From an uncultured Gammaproteobacteria bacterium (GTDB taxonomy: Bacteria > Pseudomonadota > Gammaproteobacteria > UBA9214): a DNA stretch of 64,000 nt. Location of the stretch: the NCBI GenBank assembly GCA_963773065.1, contig CAVYZN010000021.1, forward strand, positions 1 to 64,000, given 5' to 3'. The stretch's first letter is position 1. Each line of letters starts with the position of its first letter. Position numbers and translations under genes: made by a program. Under the pieces are notes generated by a model. The model saw nothing but the letters and a program-made list of their open reading frames with translations. It searched no databases and was not told where the DNA came from. This document shows, in pieces, positions 1-10,719 of the stretch.

Positions 1-791
1 ACTGGGGGCAACGTGTTCTGGTCTCCGGTGCGAATGCAAGTCGGGTGACCAAATCCGCCGGCGCTTACTCCTGTCCCACCCGCGGGGTTAGGTGTAATGT
101 CGTAAACGATATTGTCGGGCCGCGCGGGATCTCCGCTGACGCCGCCGATGCCGGCAAGATGGTCCAGCGCCAGATTGTGCCGGACTCGCCAGCCAATCAT
201 GTGGTCTGCGCAAGACGTATCCCCACTGACGCCGACGGCGCCGACCACCTGTTTGCTCGCGTCGTACAGCGCAAGCCCACCACCGAACACGTTCACGCCG
301 CCGATTTTCTTGTTAACCATGAAATCGCTGGGTGCTCCGTAGTTTGCGGAATTTCCACCATAGGCCACCTGGGTATCCACCGGATTGCTCTGCTGCAGTC
401 CGTACAGACTCCCGCCCGGCTGCACCGCCGAGTAGAGATTGGCCGTGGATAGGGCGAGGCCGCCGGGAAAAACGCTGCTGGCAATCGGGGAGCCGAGGCT
501 GAATGCGTTCGCCGTGTTCGCTTTCTGCGCCGAGATCACCCGGCTGCCGGGCCATTGGGCTCCACGGTTTGCTCCCGAGAATGCGACTGCGCAGACGGTG
601 CCGTCACGGTCGACAATGGTCGCCCACATCTCAAAGTCCAGACCGCTGCTTTCCGCCGCCACGGCGGCCACGAGTGCGGCTTTCAGTTGCGGTTGCGATG
701 GCAGCGCCTTGCAGTCCGCTACGGCTGAGTTGGAAACCACCCCAAACGCCACGCTGACGGCGGCTAGCATAATAAGGCTTGTAGGTTTCAT
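1..791 (-). CDS. Secreted GlcG/HbpS-like heme-binding protein (3' end runs off the window)
   Basis: Read manually (absent from the ORF track). ATG at 791; signal peptide MKPTSLIMLAAVSVAFG; motifs MWATIVDRDG, SRVISAQKANTANAFS, GGVNVFGGGLALY, GAVGVSGDTSCADH. Confidence 0.75.
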   Translation of the reverse strand, partial: MKPTSLIMLAAVSVAFGVVSNSAVADCKALPSQPQLKAALVAAVAAESSGLDFEMWATIVDRDGTVCAVAFSGANRGAQWPGSRVISAQKANTANAFSLGSPIASSVFPGGLALSTANLYSAVQPGGSLYGLQQSNPVDTQVAYGGNSANYGAPSDFMVNKKIGGVNVFGGGLALYDASKQVVGAVGVSGDTSCADHMIGWRVRHNLALDHLAGIGGVSGDPARPDNIVYDITPNPAGGTGVSAGGFGHPTCIRTGDQNTLPP

Positions 792-1178
792 CTTTCGCTC
801 CTTGTCTTGAAGTGACGTATAGGATTTTTAAACGCGCTTTTTCCTCGCAAGGGAAGGTACTGCCGAGCGTGCGGGGTGTCAATCACGCGCGTGCCCGATC
901 CTGGAGCGGGGACTTTCCGCGCCTTATCAGCCGGAATGCTGCTATTCCCGCCGCGTGCGGCTAAGATGTGACTGACTGCCGGGTCGGTAAACGCATGGCG
1001 CCAGTTAATCAATCACTTCGATAGACAAACCTATCTGTATGTTCATACAAACAAAAATAAATCTGGCCTGGCATGGTTGGACCCTCATGCTGGCGGCGGC
1101 CATGCCTGGCGGCGCGCCGCATGCGGCGGGCGAGTATACCGGTCCTGCCGCTGCCAGGATGTTCCCGAATGAGGCCCG

Positions 1179-3500
1179 ATGAGGAGACTTAACATCAATC
1201 TGCTCACCGGCCTGGTGCTGAGCATCGTGCTGCTGGGCATCATCAGCGCGGCGGCGACACTGGTCACGACGCGCATCTACCGCGACCTGACGTTTGACTT
1301 CGAGCGCCAGTACCTGAACCAACTGGTGGCCATCAAGACCTCGGATCTCCTGGCGCAGCTTGAACAGAATGCCTTCCAACTGGGACTGAGGATCCAGGCC
1401 AGTGAGGATTTCAAAACCGCATTGGCGGCGAATGACGAGTTCGTGCTGTCCGCGGCGCTCGAACAACAGTTCCGGCAAGGTCTGGTCACGGCGAATGCCG
1501 TCGCGGCGGTGGGCCTCTATGCCTTCGATCTGGATTTCAGGCTGCTGGGCTCGGCGCTGCGCCCCGCGGATGCCGCCGGCGACGGGTCCATCCTGTGTCC
1601 CGACCTGGCGGGCAAGGCGCGCCTGAGGGAAGGGGCGCGCCGGCTGCAGCCGGCGGCGGAAATCTGCCTATACGGGAACCGCCCCTATCAGGCCGTGATC
1701 ATTCCGGTTGGAGGGCTCGTGCCGAGCGGCTATCTGCAGGTCGTGTCCGACCCCGTGCCAGCGCTTAACGGTATCGACAAGGCGCTCAACATGCCCGTCA
1801 GGCTCGAATTACCCGATGGCACCGGACTCTACGAAACGCAGGGTTGGGGAGCAAGCCCGACGGAGAGCACCGTGGTCTCCGACTTCATCCTGCATACGAA
1901 TGACGCGCGCCCGGCCATCCGGATCACGGCCGCCAGGAATGCGGACGCACTGGTGGCCAGGCTCGACCAGATCAATACCCGGCTGATTGCCGTGGTCATC
2001 GCCATCATTCTGGTCACCGTCGCGGCGGCGCTCTGGTTTTTAAGGTATTCGGTGTTCAAGCCGCTGCGGGAATTGAGTCACCGGCTGAGCGGCGGGCGCC
2101 TGGAGCGTGGGGATCCCGTCAGTGAAATGCCGGCGGCGCCGGTGTCAGCGGCGCCGGCCAGCTTCCAGGCCCTCGGTGAGCTCTATGAAACGTTGCGGGA
2201 CATGGCGATACGTGATCCGCTCACCGGCACCTATAATCGCGCATTGCTGGAAGACCGCCTCAAACAGGTCATAGCCGAGCACCGCAGGACCCCGACCGTC
2301 GTCGCCATCATGCTGGTTGATCTGGTGCGCTTCAAATATGTCAACGATCTGCTGGGGCATCACACGGGTGATCTGCTGCTGCGGCAGGTGGTGGTGCGCA
2401 TGGCCTCGGTGCTGCGCGAATCCGATACCCTGGCGCGCCTGGGGGGTGACGAGTTCGCCATCATCCTGCCGGGCACCGACGGCGTCCAGGCGTCTCAGGT
2501 TGCGCAGAAAATCCTGCATGCCATGGAGCCTGAGTTCGCGGTCGAGCACCACACGCTCTCCGCCTCGGTATCGATCGGCATCGCCTTGATGCCCCATCAT
2601 GGCGAGGAGGTCGATGCCCTGCTGCGCCATGCCGACTATGCCATGTACGCGGCGAAGAAGACGCAGTCCGGATATGCGATTTACGACCCGAATATCACCG
2701 AAGAGATCGCCATGGCCCGGATGAAGCTGGACGGCGTGCTGAATGAGGATATCGAACGCAATGATCTCTTCCTCGTTTACCAGCCCGTGCTCGAATTCGG
2801 AACGGGGCAGGTCAGCTACCTCGAGGCGCTGGTGCGCTGGCGCCAGCCCGACGGTCGGGTGTTGTTGCCGGAGAGCTTCATCCGCGTGGCCGAGCAGAGC
2901 GGGTTGATCCGCGTGCTCTCCGAATGGATCATCAACACGGCGTGCCGGGAACTGGAGCGGTTGCAGGGGATCAGCCCGGGCCTGCGCGTCGGCATCAATC
3001 TGTCGATGCACAACCTGCATGATTATAACCTGACGGAAGTGATCAGGAAGGCGCTGGAACGTTACCGGCTCAAGGCGGACTCGTTGTTGCTGGAGATCAC
3101 CGAGACGGGGGTGATGCTGGATCCGAACCAGGTCATCGAAATCCTGGGCCAGTTGAGCGCCATGGGCCTGACTCTCTCCATTGATGATTTCGGCACCGGC
3201 CATTCCTCGCTGGTGTACCTCAAGCGCCTGCCGGTGCATACGCTCAAGGTCGACAAATCGTTCGTGATCGATATGGATACCGATGACGACAATGCCTCGA
3301 TCGTCCATGCGACCATCGATCTTGCCCATAACATGGGCCTCACCGTGACGGCCGAGGGGGTTGAAACCCGTCCGGTTTACGAGATGCTGAAGGCCATGGG
3401 GTGTGATTACTACCAGGGCTATTATGTTGGAGAACCCATGGAGAGTGCCGTTATCATTGACTGGCTGAACAAAAGCCGCCTGACCGGGTCAAGCCGGTGA
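1179..3500 (+). CDS. Membrane sensor diguanylate cyclase/phosphodiesterase (GGDEF-EAL)
   Basis: Two TM segments around a periplasmic domain; RESD I-site, RLGGDEF, EALVRW, DDFGTGHSSL. Confidence 0.93.
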   Translation: MRRLNINLLTGLVLSIVLLGIISAAATLVTTRIYRDLTFDFERQYLNQLVAIKTSDLLAQLEQNAFQLGLRIQASEDFKTALAANDEFVLSAALEQQFRQGLVTANAVAAVGLYAFDLDFRLLGSALRPADAAGDGSILCPDLAGKARLREGARRLQPAAEICLYGNRPYQAVIIPVGGLVPSGYLQVVSDPVPALNGIDKALNMPVRLELPDGTGLYETQGWGASPTESTVVSDFILHTNDARPAIRITAARNADALVARLDQINTRLIAVVIAIILVTVAAALWFLRYSVFKPLRELSHRLSGGRLERGDPVSEMPAAPVSAAPASFQALGELYETLRDMAIRDPLTGTYNRALLEDRLKQVIAEHRRTPTVVAIMLVDLVRFKYVNDLLGHHTGDLLLRQVVVRMASVLRESDTLARLGGDEFAIILPGTDGVQASQVAQKILHAMEPEFAVEHHTLSASVSIGIALMPHHGEEVDALLRHADYAMYAAKKTQSGYAIYDPNITEEIAMARMKLDGVLNEDIERNDLFLVYQPVLEFGTGQVSYLEALVRWRQPDGRVLLPESFIRVAEQSGLIRVLSEWIINTACRELERLQGISPGLRVGINLSMHNLHDYNLTEVIRKALERYRLKADSLLLEITETGVMLDPNQVIEILGQLSAMGLTLSIDDFGTGHSSLVYLKRLPVHTLKVDKSFVIDMDTDDDNASIVHATIDLAHNMGLTVTAEGVETRPVYEMLKAMGCDYYQGYYVGEPMESAVIIDWLNKSRLTGSSR

Positions 3501-3519
3501 GGGGCCGAGGAGGGAGGAT

Positions 3520-3748
3520 ATGATGTACGCAAAGGCGATGGTTTTCTGCGCGGTGTTACTGCTGGCGTCCTGCGGCGATGGAGGCGACAGCGCCGACACC
3601 CCCGACACCCCCGACGACATCGGACCCGGGCGGCGATCATGTCTGGAAATCGCAAACCGACATGCTCGACAAGGCGAGGGCTATCGAGGGTACGGTCATG
3701 GAGCAAAGCGCCAATCAGCGCCGGACGATCGATGAGTTGGCGCGCTAG
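3520..3748 (+). CDS. Small lipoprotein (one apparent frameshift near 3630)
   Basis: RBS GGAGG; lipobox LLASC; continues in another frame as DHVWKSQTDMLDKARAIEG...IDELAR*. Confidence 0.6.
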
Positions 3749-3792
3749 GGCGTGTCCGCGCTACGCCCGCGACCTGCCTGCCGGGCGTTGAC

Positions 3793-5293
3793 ATGGCGGT
3801 GATCATCACCCTGGCGAGCGGCATGTACCAGGTCGGTAAAACTCATCTGGGGATCAATGCCGCCCTCGAGCTGGTCAGGAAAGGCCATGGCGTCGGCTAC
3901 TACCACGAAGGCGGCGGCCAGGACGCCATCAGCCAGTTGCTGCAGTTGCACCTGCGTTCAACCCTTAAAAGTTCCGACAGGAAGAGCGGCCTCACCTGCC
4001 ATGGTTATCAGGGTGTCGATATCATCTCGTCCCGTATTCCGCTGTCGCGCTGGAATGGACTGGACCGGGAGGAGCTTGCCTCACTGGTGGCCGCCCACGA
4101 GGCCTGGTCCAGAATACGACGATTTCGTAATCGATACCTCCGGCATGGCGCCGCGCGCGGTCCTTGCCTGCTGCAGCCTGTCCCACCTCGTGCTCCTGGT
4201 GGTGACTCCCGAGCCCGGGTCGCAGGCAGGGGCGTTTGCCCTGCTGAGAATCCTGCGCCTCAACGGCTACGGCAATCCGGTTCTGCTGGTCGTCAACAAG
4301 GTGGAGCAAGCCGCGCAGGCCGACGCGATTCATGCCCGTTTTTCGGACAAGGCGCGGCAGCACCTGGGGCTGAAGGTCCCCCTGCTCGCGGCGGTGGTCA
4401 GCGATGAACATGTGCTTTCCGCCGCGCGCCTCGGGCAGACCTTCACCTCGCTGCACCCCGAATCGCCGGCGTCGGGCTGTGTCGTGAAACTGGTCGAGGA
4501 CCTGCTCACCGCGCGCGCGGCCGCCACGCCGGATCATGCAGGGCTGCCCGGTTTCTGGAAAGCTTTGGCCGAGCGCATGCGGCTACCCGTGCGTCTGCCC
4601 GGTAACGCGAACCTCGCGGATTACGAGCAGGCGGATGAACTGACGCAGGGCGGGGCGACGGCGAGCGGTGATGAAACCCGGACCGAGGCGACCCTGTTGC
4701 GCTTCGAGGGGCCCTTCGCAAGGCTTGGCAGCGTCATGGAAAACTTCTCGGACGTCATGCATTTCCTCGCCGACGACATGCAGGCTTTTCATGAGCGGCT
4801 GGAAGATGTGCAGGGCGATGCCTATCAATCCGCAAAATGGTCCGTGCCGGATGCCGGTGTTCTTGAATTGACGCTGGCGGCCATCCTGGATGCATTGCGC
4901 CATTGCGTCAACCGCCAGCAGGCGGTGAGCTTCCAGGTCGAGGAAGATCCGGTCAACGCACAGGAGGCCGGCTGGCTGGCGGCGGGTTATTACATCAAGT
5001 ACGTGCTCGTCATGCCGGGACAGGACGAAATCATCGAGCGGGTGAGCCGGGAAATGCAACGGATACCCGATTTACGTCTCAGTAACGGCGAGGACGGCGA
5101 GTGCATCTGTGAGGCGATCACGCGCGCCCGCGATGCCTGTCTCAGCGTGATCCATACACCGCAGGGTGAAATCCGCATCAATTACTGGCACCGGCCGGAC
5201 CGGCGTAAAAGCCCGCGGGCGGACGAATCCGCGAGGGATATTCCGGGTAGCAGGAATCAGGATCGCCAGCCGGCGGACGAGCGGCTGCACTGA
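3793..5293 (+). CDS. MinD/FlhG/ParA-like protein with degenerate Walker A and long C-terminal extension (frameshift near 4105)
   Basis: IITLASGMYQVGKT, YDDFVIDTSG, VVTPEP, LVVNKV across two overlapping ORFs. Confidence 0.7.
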
Positions 5294-5366
5294 ATACCCG
5301 ACCAATGACCCCCGGGTGCCCGAAGGATGCGCTTCGGCCACTCGGGTGTTCATACAGGGTTATGCG

Positions 5367-6203
5367 TTACTTGCCGGTCATCTCGATCTTCGCCGCTTCC
5401 CGGATTTTCTGAATATGCTGCTGCAACTGCTGGTTCGCCACCAGTACCTTGAGACGATCCTTGACGTCATCGAACGTGGGCGGGGTGCTTTGGCGCGTGT
5501 CCTCGAGCAGGATCACGTGCCAGCCGAACTGGGTCTGCACCGGCTCTTTCGTGTAGCTGCCCTTCTGCAGCTTGGCGACGGCATCGGCGAACGGCTGCAC
5601 CATCTGGGCGGCTGAGAACCATTCCAGTTTGCCGCCGGACGATGCCGAGGTATCGGTTGACTTTTCCTTGGCCAGGGCGGCGAAGTCGCCGCCCTTGTCG
5701 AGCTGGCGTATCACCTCTTCGGCCTCTTCCCTGGTCTTGACCAGAATATGCCGGGCGTTGTACTCGGTCGCCGGCTTGGCTATTTCCTTGTCGTACACCT
5801 GTTTGGCTTGCTCGTCGCTGACCTGATTGTTCTTTACGAAATCCCTGATGGCGGCCCCGGCGAGCAGGGTGCGCGTCTGTTGATCAAGGGTGGCGACTAC
5901 GACCGGAGTGTTGTTGAGTCCCTTGTTGACGCTTTCCTGCCGCATCAATTCCAGGCTGATCATTTCATTGAGGATGGTCTGGTCGTCGGCCTGCTCCCCC
6001 TCGCCCTGGTTCGCCTTGCGCTGCGCGGCGTAGATGTCGATGACCGATTTCATGAGGGGTGCGCCGTTGACCGTGGCGACCACCGGTCCCTCGGGTGCCG
6101 GGGCGGCTGGCGCTGTCGCCGCCTGGCGGGGTGTCTGCAACTGGTCGCAACCGTACAGCGCGAACAGGATCGCCGGCAGAAATAACAGTGGTCTTTTCAT
6201 CAT
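5367..6203 (-). CDS. PpiC/parvulin-type peptidyl-prolyl isomerase, lipoprotein
   Basis: Lipobox LYGC; ARHILV, FAALAKEKSTD, GGKLEWF, PVQTQFGWHVI. Confidence 0.9.
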   Translation of the reverse strand: MMKRPLLFLPAILFALYGCDQLQTPRQAATAPAAPAPEGPVVATVNGAPLMKSVIDIYAAQRKANQGEGEQADDQTILNEMISLELMRQESVNKGLNNTPVVVATLDQQTRTLLAGAAIRDFVKNNQVSDEQAKQVYDKEIAKPATEYNARHILVKTREEAEEVIRQLDKGGDFAALAKEKSTDTSASSGGKLEWFSAAQMVQPFADAVAKLQKGSYTKEPVQTQFGWHVILLEDTRQSTPPTFDDVKDRLKVLVANQQLQQHIQKIREAAKIEMTGK

Positions 6204-6503
6204 GCGTTACCTTTGGTTGGGTTGGAGTTGGGTAATTCCTGGGGAGTTTTCGCCTGGATGCCGAGTGCGTGGATCTCCGCGTGCAACATGTCGCCGAGGG
6301 CATCATAGACCATGCGGTGGCGCTGCAGCAGGTTCTTGCCCTGAAATGCCTCGGACACGATGTGCACGATGGTAGTGTCCGCCGCCGCTCGCCGCGCCGG
6401 CATGACCGGCGTGCCGGGCGCTTTCATCGACGATCTCCAGCGCCGCCGGCCGCAGCGCCTCGGTCAGCCGCGAGCGGATCATGGCGAGGCGCTCTTCACG
6501 CAT
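6200..6503 (-). CDS. bolA: BolA family protein (frameshift near 6370)
   Basis: EIVDESARHAGHAGA then IVSEAFQGKNLLQRHRMVYDALG...IHAL in two frames. Confidence 0.85.
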
Positions 6504-6802
6504 CAGGGCAGCACCTGTTTGAAGGGCTTGACGATGATGCTCGCATACACATCCGCGGCCACGTAGGGGTCGGCGTCCGCCCAGGCGCGGGCCGCCTCGA
6601 GGGACGCAAACTCGGCGACCACCAGGCTGCCGGTAAAGCCGGCGGCGCCGGGGTCCGGGCTGTCGACGGCCGGGTGCGGTCCGGCGAGGACCAGCCGGGC
6701 GTCGTCTTTCAATGCCTCGAGTCGCGCCAGATGGGCGGGGCGGGCCTGCAGCCGCCGGTCGAGACTGCCGGGTTTATCCTGGCTGATGATGGCGTAGAGC
6801 AT
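6503..6802 (-). CDS. yciI: YciI family protein
   Basis: [32 protein letters not shown]. Confidence 0.92.
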   Translation of the reverse strand: MLYAIISQDKPGSLDRRLQARPAHLARLEALKDDARLVLAGPHPAVDSPDPGAAGFTGSLVVAEFASLEAARAWADADPYVAADVYASIIVKPFKQVLP

Positions 6803-6813
6803 GGCGGGTCGTG

Positions 6814-7356
6814 CTACTCGCTGTCACCGCCGGCCTGCATGTAGCGGCTGAGGTAAAAGGCCTGGATGAAGACGAAGACGAGCGTCAGTCCCACCATCCC
6901 GAATAATTTGAAATTGACCCAGGCTGCTTCGCTGTAATTGTAGGCGACATAGAGGTTCACCAGGCCGATGGCGATAAAGAACAGGGTCCAGGCCCAGTTC
7001 AGCTTCAGCCAGACCGCAGCGGGTACGCTGATGGCATGGCTCATCATGCGCTCCACCAGCGTGCGCCGGCCGATGTAACGGCTGCCCAGGAAGACGAGGC
7101 CGAACAGCCAGTTGACCACGGTGGGTTTCCACTTGATGAAGACCGGGTCCCTGAGTATCAGGGTGAGTCCGCCGAAGACGACGAGTATCGCGAGCGTGAC
7201 CAGGTGCATGGTCTCGAATCTCCGGTGCTTGAGCCAGTAAAGGCCGGTCTGCAGGAACGCGGCGGCGATGGCGACCGCCGTCGCCACATAGATGTCGTAG
7301 AGCTTGTACGCCAGGAAGAACAGCAGGATCGGGAACAGGTCGAACAGAAACTTCAT
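6814..7356 (-). CDS. ispZ: Intracellular septation protein A (YciB)
   Basis: [29 protein letters not shown]. Confidence 0.93.
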   Translation of the reverse strand: MKFLFDLFPILLFFLAYKLYDIYVATAVAIAAAFLQTGLYWLKHRRFETMHLVTLAILVVFGGLTLILRDPVFIKWKPTVVNWLFGLVFLGSRYIGRRTLVERMMSHAISVPAAVWLKLNWAWTLFFIAIGLVNLYVAYNYSEAAWVNFKLFGMVGLTLVFVFIQAFYLSRYMQAGGDSE

Positions 7357-7483
7357 GATGAATGTCAGCCGTACTCGGGGGTTTTAGTGTGTTGGCGCTC
7401 AGCAGGACGGGAATGATAGTCTTTTACCATCAACTGCGAAACCTGTCCGGGTAAATTTCGCCGCGGCTGATCGCGCCGTACCG

Positions 7484-8242
7484 TCAATGCAGGGTACGGT
7501 TGATGGTCCAACTGCGGTGGTATTTTTCCATTACCTTGCGCACCGGCGCGGGGTAGTTCAGCGCCTCCATCTGTTGCATCCCCTCGGCGAAGAAACGCGC
7601 CGCATCTTCCGGAAGATAGCGGATCAGCAGGGCAAAGGCCTCTTCCATGGCGGCCGGATCGTGGCTGCGGGTAGCGACGATCCCCCGGTTGAGCAGCAGT
7701 ACCCGCCAGGGCCGGCCGGGGTTGATCTTTTCCAGGTCTTCACGGATGAGCGGGGAAACCGCGCCGATGATGTGGCCCATGACGGCGCTCAGCTCTCCGA
7801 GTTCGCGCGTGTCGGACGTGCGGTTGGCGATCAGCGCCAGGGCATCGACGACCGCCTCCAGCGAGTCGAGCCGGCCGCCGTGGCGGGCGACCCAGAGGGC
7901 GAGGTCAACGGCGAGGCCGGCGACGAGCGCCTGCTCTTCCATGAGTCCCGCCGGCTTGACCAGGGACGCCAGGTTTTCCTGCAGCTTGAAGGCGTATTCT
8001 CCGAATTCGGTGATGTCCTCGCTTCCTGTCCGGTAAGGCGTCTGAGTGTCGCCTGCTATCCGGTAGTCGCTCTCGACGCGTTCCATCACCTCCAGCAACT
8101 GCCGCACGGCTTCCGTCAGCAGCGGGAGGCTGGCGCCATCGGCGGTCTGCATGACGGCACTACCCGCCGCGCGGTTCAGGGCATCGAGCACGCGGTCGAT
8201 GTCGGAACGGATGGTGTCGAGATTGCCTGTCGGTATGCGCAT
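7484..8242 (-). CDS. Hypothetical helical protein
   Basis: 252-aa ORF with host-like codon usage; no motif recognised. Confidence 0.65.
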   Translation of the reverse strand: MRIPTGNLDTIRSDIDRVLDALNRAAGSAVMQTADGASLPLLTEAVRQLLEVMERVESDYRIAGDTQTPYRTGSEDITEFGEYAFKLQENLASLVKPAGLMEEQALVAGLAVDLALWVARHGGRLDSLEAVVDALALIANRTSDTRELGELSAVMGHIIGAVSPLIREDLEKINPGRPWRVLLLNRGIVATRSHDPAAMEEAFALLIRYLPEDAARFFAEGMQQMEALNYPAPVRKVMEKYHRSWTINRTLH

Positions 8243-8369
8243 GGCGGTGTAGGGGAAAGCGGCGGGCGCTATGGTACCGGTTTGTACCGGTAGCGCGCGA
8301 CACCGTCAACCCCGCGGCGGACGGGTTTATACCCGGCAGGCGGCCGGCATGTCCTGTAGAATAGCCGTC

Positions 8370-9217
8370 ATGCCGATCCACTATGATCTCCACAGCCATT
8401 CCCATGGCATCCGATGGCAGCCTGACGCCGTCCGGCCTGGTACAGGCGGCCTGCGCTGCCGGGGTGAATGTGCTTGCCCTCACGGATCATGACACCACCG
8501 ACGGTCTCGATGAGGCCCGCCGGCAGGCCGATGCCCTGGGGCTGCGGTTGGTTCCGGGTGTCGAGATCTCGGTAAGCTGGCAGTCGCTTACCGTACACGT
8601 ACTCGGCCTCAATATCGATTCGCAATGCGCTGCCCTGCAGGCGGGGCTCACCGGCTTGCGCGTCTTCCGCGACTGGCGCGCCGAGGAAATCGGCCGGCGC
8701 CTGGACCGGGCCGGCATACGGGATGCCCATGCGGGCGCTTGCGCCTTGTCCAGGGGACGCATCGTGGGGCGTACCCATTTCGCGCAATATCTGGTGGCCC
8801 AGGGCCATGCGCGCTCGGTACGGGAGGTGTTCAAACGCTTTCTGGTGCACGGCAAGCCGGGGTATGTGGCGGGGGAATGGGCCAGTCTGGAGGATGTGCT
8901 TGACTGGATCAGGGCGGCCGGCGGGCTCCCGGTCATCGCCCACCCGGCCCGTTACCCGTTGACGGGCGCCAAGCTGCGCCGGCTGATCGGCGAGTTCCGC
9001 GAACTGGGGGGAGTTGGGCTGGAGGTCGTCTCGGGCTGCCATACCCGGGATGACATCGCATACCATGGCGGGATACGCGCGCACCGTGGACCTGCTCGCT
9101 TCCCGCGGTTCGGATTACCACGGTCCGGAAAATCCCTGGGTGCGGCTCGGCGAGCTGGCGGAACTGCCGGCGGGCTGCCGTCCGATCTGGGAGAGCGAGG
9201 GCTGGCCGAGCAACTAG
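8370..9217 (+). CDS. PHP-domain phosphoesterase (YciV/TrpH family), two apparent frameshifts
   Basis: YDLHSHS, ASDG, ALTDHDT, GVEIS, IAHPARY, SRGSDYHG; lies upstream of yciO. Confidence 0.88.
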
Positions 9218-9218
9218 G

Positions 9219-9326
9219 GTTCGTCCATAAACATCTATTTTCACCGCAAAGACGCAAAGTTCGCGAAGAAACTTATTAACAAAAAACAGTTAAACGGCTT
9301 TGCGTTCTTTGCGCCTTTGCGGTGAA
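9219..9326. repeat. MITE/REP-like palindromic element, copy 1 (right end truncated)
   Basis: TTCACCGCAAAGACGCAAAG...CTTTGCGCCTTTGCGGTGAA; homologous to 15603-15730 and 23053-23339. Confidence 0.85.
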
Positions 9327-9368
9327 TAAATCAATTTCGACATACATTCCACGTCCCATACTCCAACC

Positions 9369-9989
9369 ATGAGCCAGTTTTTCCAGATACACCCGGTCAA
9401 TCCCCAGGCGCGGCTGATTAAACAGGCCATCGAGATCATTCGCGCGGACGGTCTCATCGCCTATCCGACGGATTCGAGCTACGCGCTGGGTTGCCGTGTC
9501 GGCGACAAGGGCGGCATGGAGCGGATCCGCCGCATCCGCGCGCTGGACCACAAGCATAACTTCACGCTGGTCTGCCGGGATCTCTCGGAGATCGCCGCCT
9601 ATGCCAAGGTCGATAACAGCGCCTACCGTCTGCTGAAGTCCCTCACCCCGGGACCCTATACCTTCATCCTCAGCGCCACGCACGAGGTGCCGCGGCGCCT
9701 GCAAAACCCGAAACGCAAGACCATCGGGATACGCGTGCCCGATCATCCCATCGCCCAGGCGCTGCTCGCCGAGCTGGGCGAACCGCTGATGAGCTCGACC
9801 CTGATTCTGCCGGGCAGGGATATGCCCGAGACCGAGGCTGCCGCGATACGCGAACGCCTGGAGCGCGAGGTGGACCTCGTCATCGACGGCGGGCACTGCG
9901 GATTTGAACCGACGACGGTGGTCGATATGAGCGAGGGCGCGCCGCGGGTGCTGCGCCAGGGTTGCGGCGCCGTCGACGGCTTGCCCTGA
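9369..9989 (+). CDS. yciO: YciO (Sua5/YrdC/TsaC family)
   Basis: MSQFFQIHPVNPQARLI, YPTDSSYALGC, TPGPYTFIL, TIGIRVP. Confidence 0.92.
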   Translation: MSQFFQIHPVNPQARLIKQAIEIIRADGLIAYPTDSSYALGCRVGDKGGMERIRRIRALDHKHNFTLVCRDLSEIAAYAKVDNSAYRLLKSLTPGPYTFILSATHEVPRRLQNPKRKTIGIRVPDHPIAQALLAELGEPLMSSTLILPGRDMPETEAAAIRERLEREVDLVIDGGHCGFEPTTVVDMSEGAPRVLRQGCGAVDGLP

Positions 9990-10045
9990 AGAGGCGCTAC
10001 GCCGATCGATCTGTCCTGCCGGGGCAATCCGGGTATAATTCCGCG

Positions 10046-10699
10046 ATGCAGAATCTCTCGACGGTCCAGTTTGCGGCCATTGCAATCCTGCCCCTCCTGT
10101 TTGGCATCACCCTGCACGAAGTCGCGCACGGCTGGGTCGCCAAGCACCTGGGCGACAAGACGGCCCTCATGATGGGCAGGCTCACGCTGAATCCGATCAA
10201 GCACATCGACCCGCTCGGCACCATCATCGTTCCCGGGTTGATGATGCTCGCCGGCGGCGCCATTTTCGGCTGGGCCAAACCGGTGCCGGTGACCTGGCAG
10301 AACCTCAAGGATCCGAAACGGGACATGGCGCTGGTCGCCCTGGCGGGCCCCATGGCCAATCTGGGGATGGCGTTTCTCTGGGCCCTGATTGCCCGGGTGG
10401 GCGTCATGCTGGCCTCCACTTCACAATGGGCGTCAATTCCGATGATTTACATGGGTTACATCGGCATCCAGCTCAATCTGGTGCTGATGGTGCTCAACCT
10501 GCTGCCGTTGCCGCCGCTCGACGGCGGGCGGGTCATGACCAGCCTGTTGCCGGGCCCGCTGGCTTACCGGTTCAGCCGCATCGAGCCTTACGGCTTCTTC
10601 ATCCTGATCGCGCTGCTGATGAGCGGCATACTGTGGAAGGTGCTGGGGCCGCCGGTGGCGGTACTGGTGGACCTCTTCAGCCTGGTGGCCGGCATCTAG
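10046..10699 (+). CDS. Site-2 protease (M50 family)
   Basis: HEVAH, NPIKHIDP, AGPMAN, NLLPLPPLDG. Confidence 0.92.
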   Translation: MQNLSTVQFAAIAILPLLFGITLHEVAHGWVAKHLGDKTALMMGRLTLNPIKHIDPLGTIIVPGLMMLAGGAIFGWAKPVPVTWQNLKDPKRDMALVALAGPMANLGMAFLWALIARVGVMLASTSQWASIPMIYMGYIGIQLNLVLMVLNLLPLPPLDGGRVMTSLLPGPLAYRFSRIEPYGFFILIALLMSGILWKVLGPPVAVLVDLFSLVAGI

Positions 10700-10719
10700 G
10701 GATAGGGAAAGGGCGCAGC

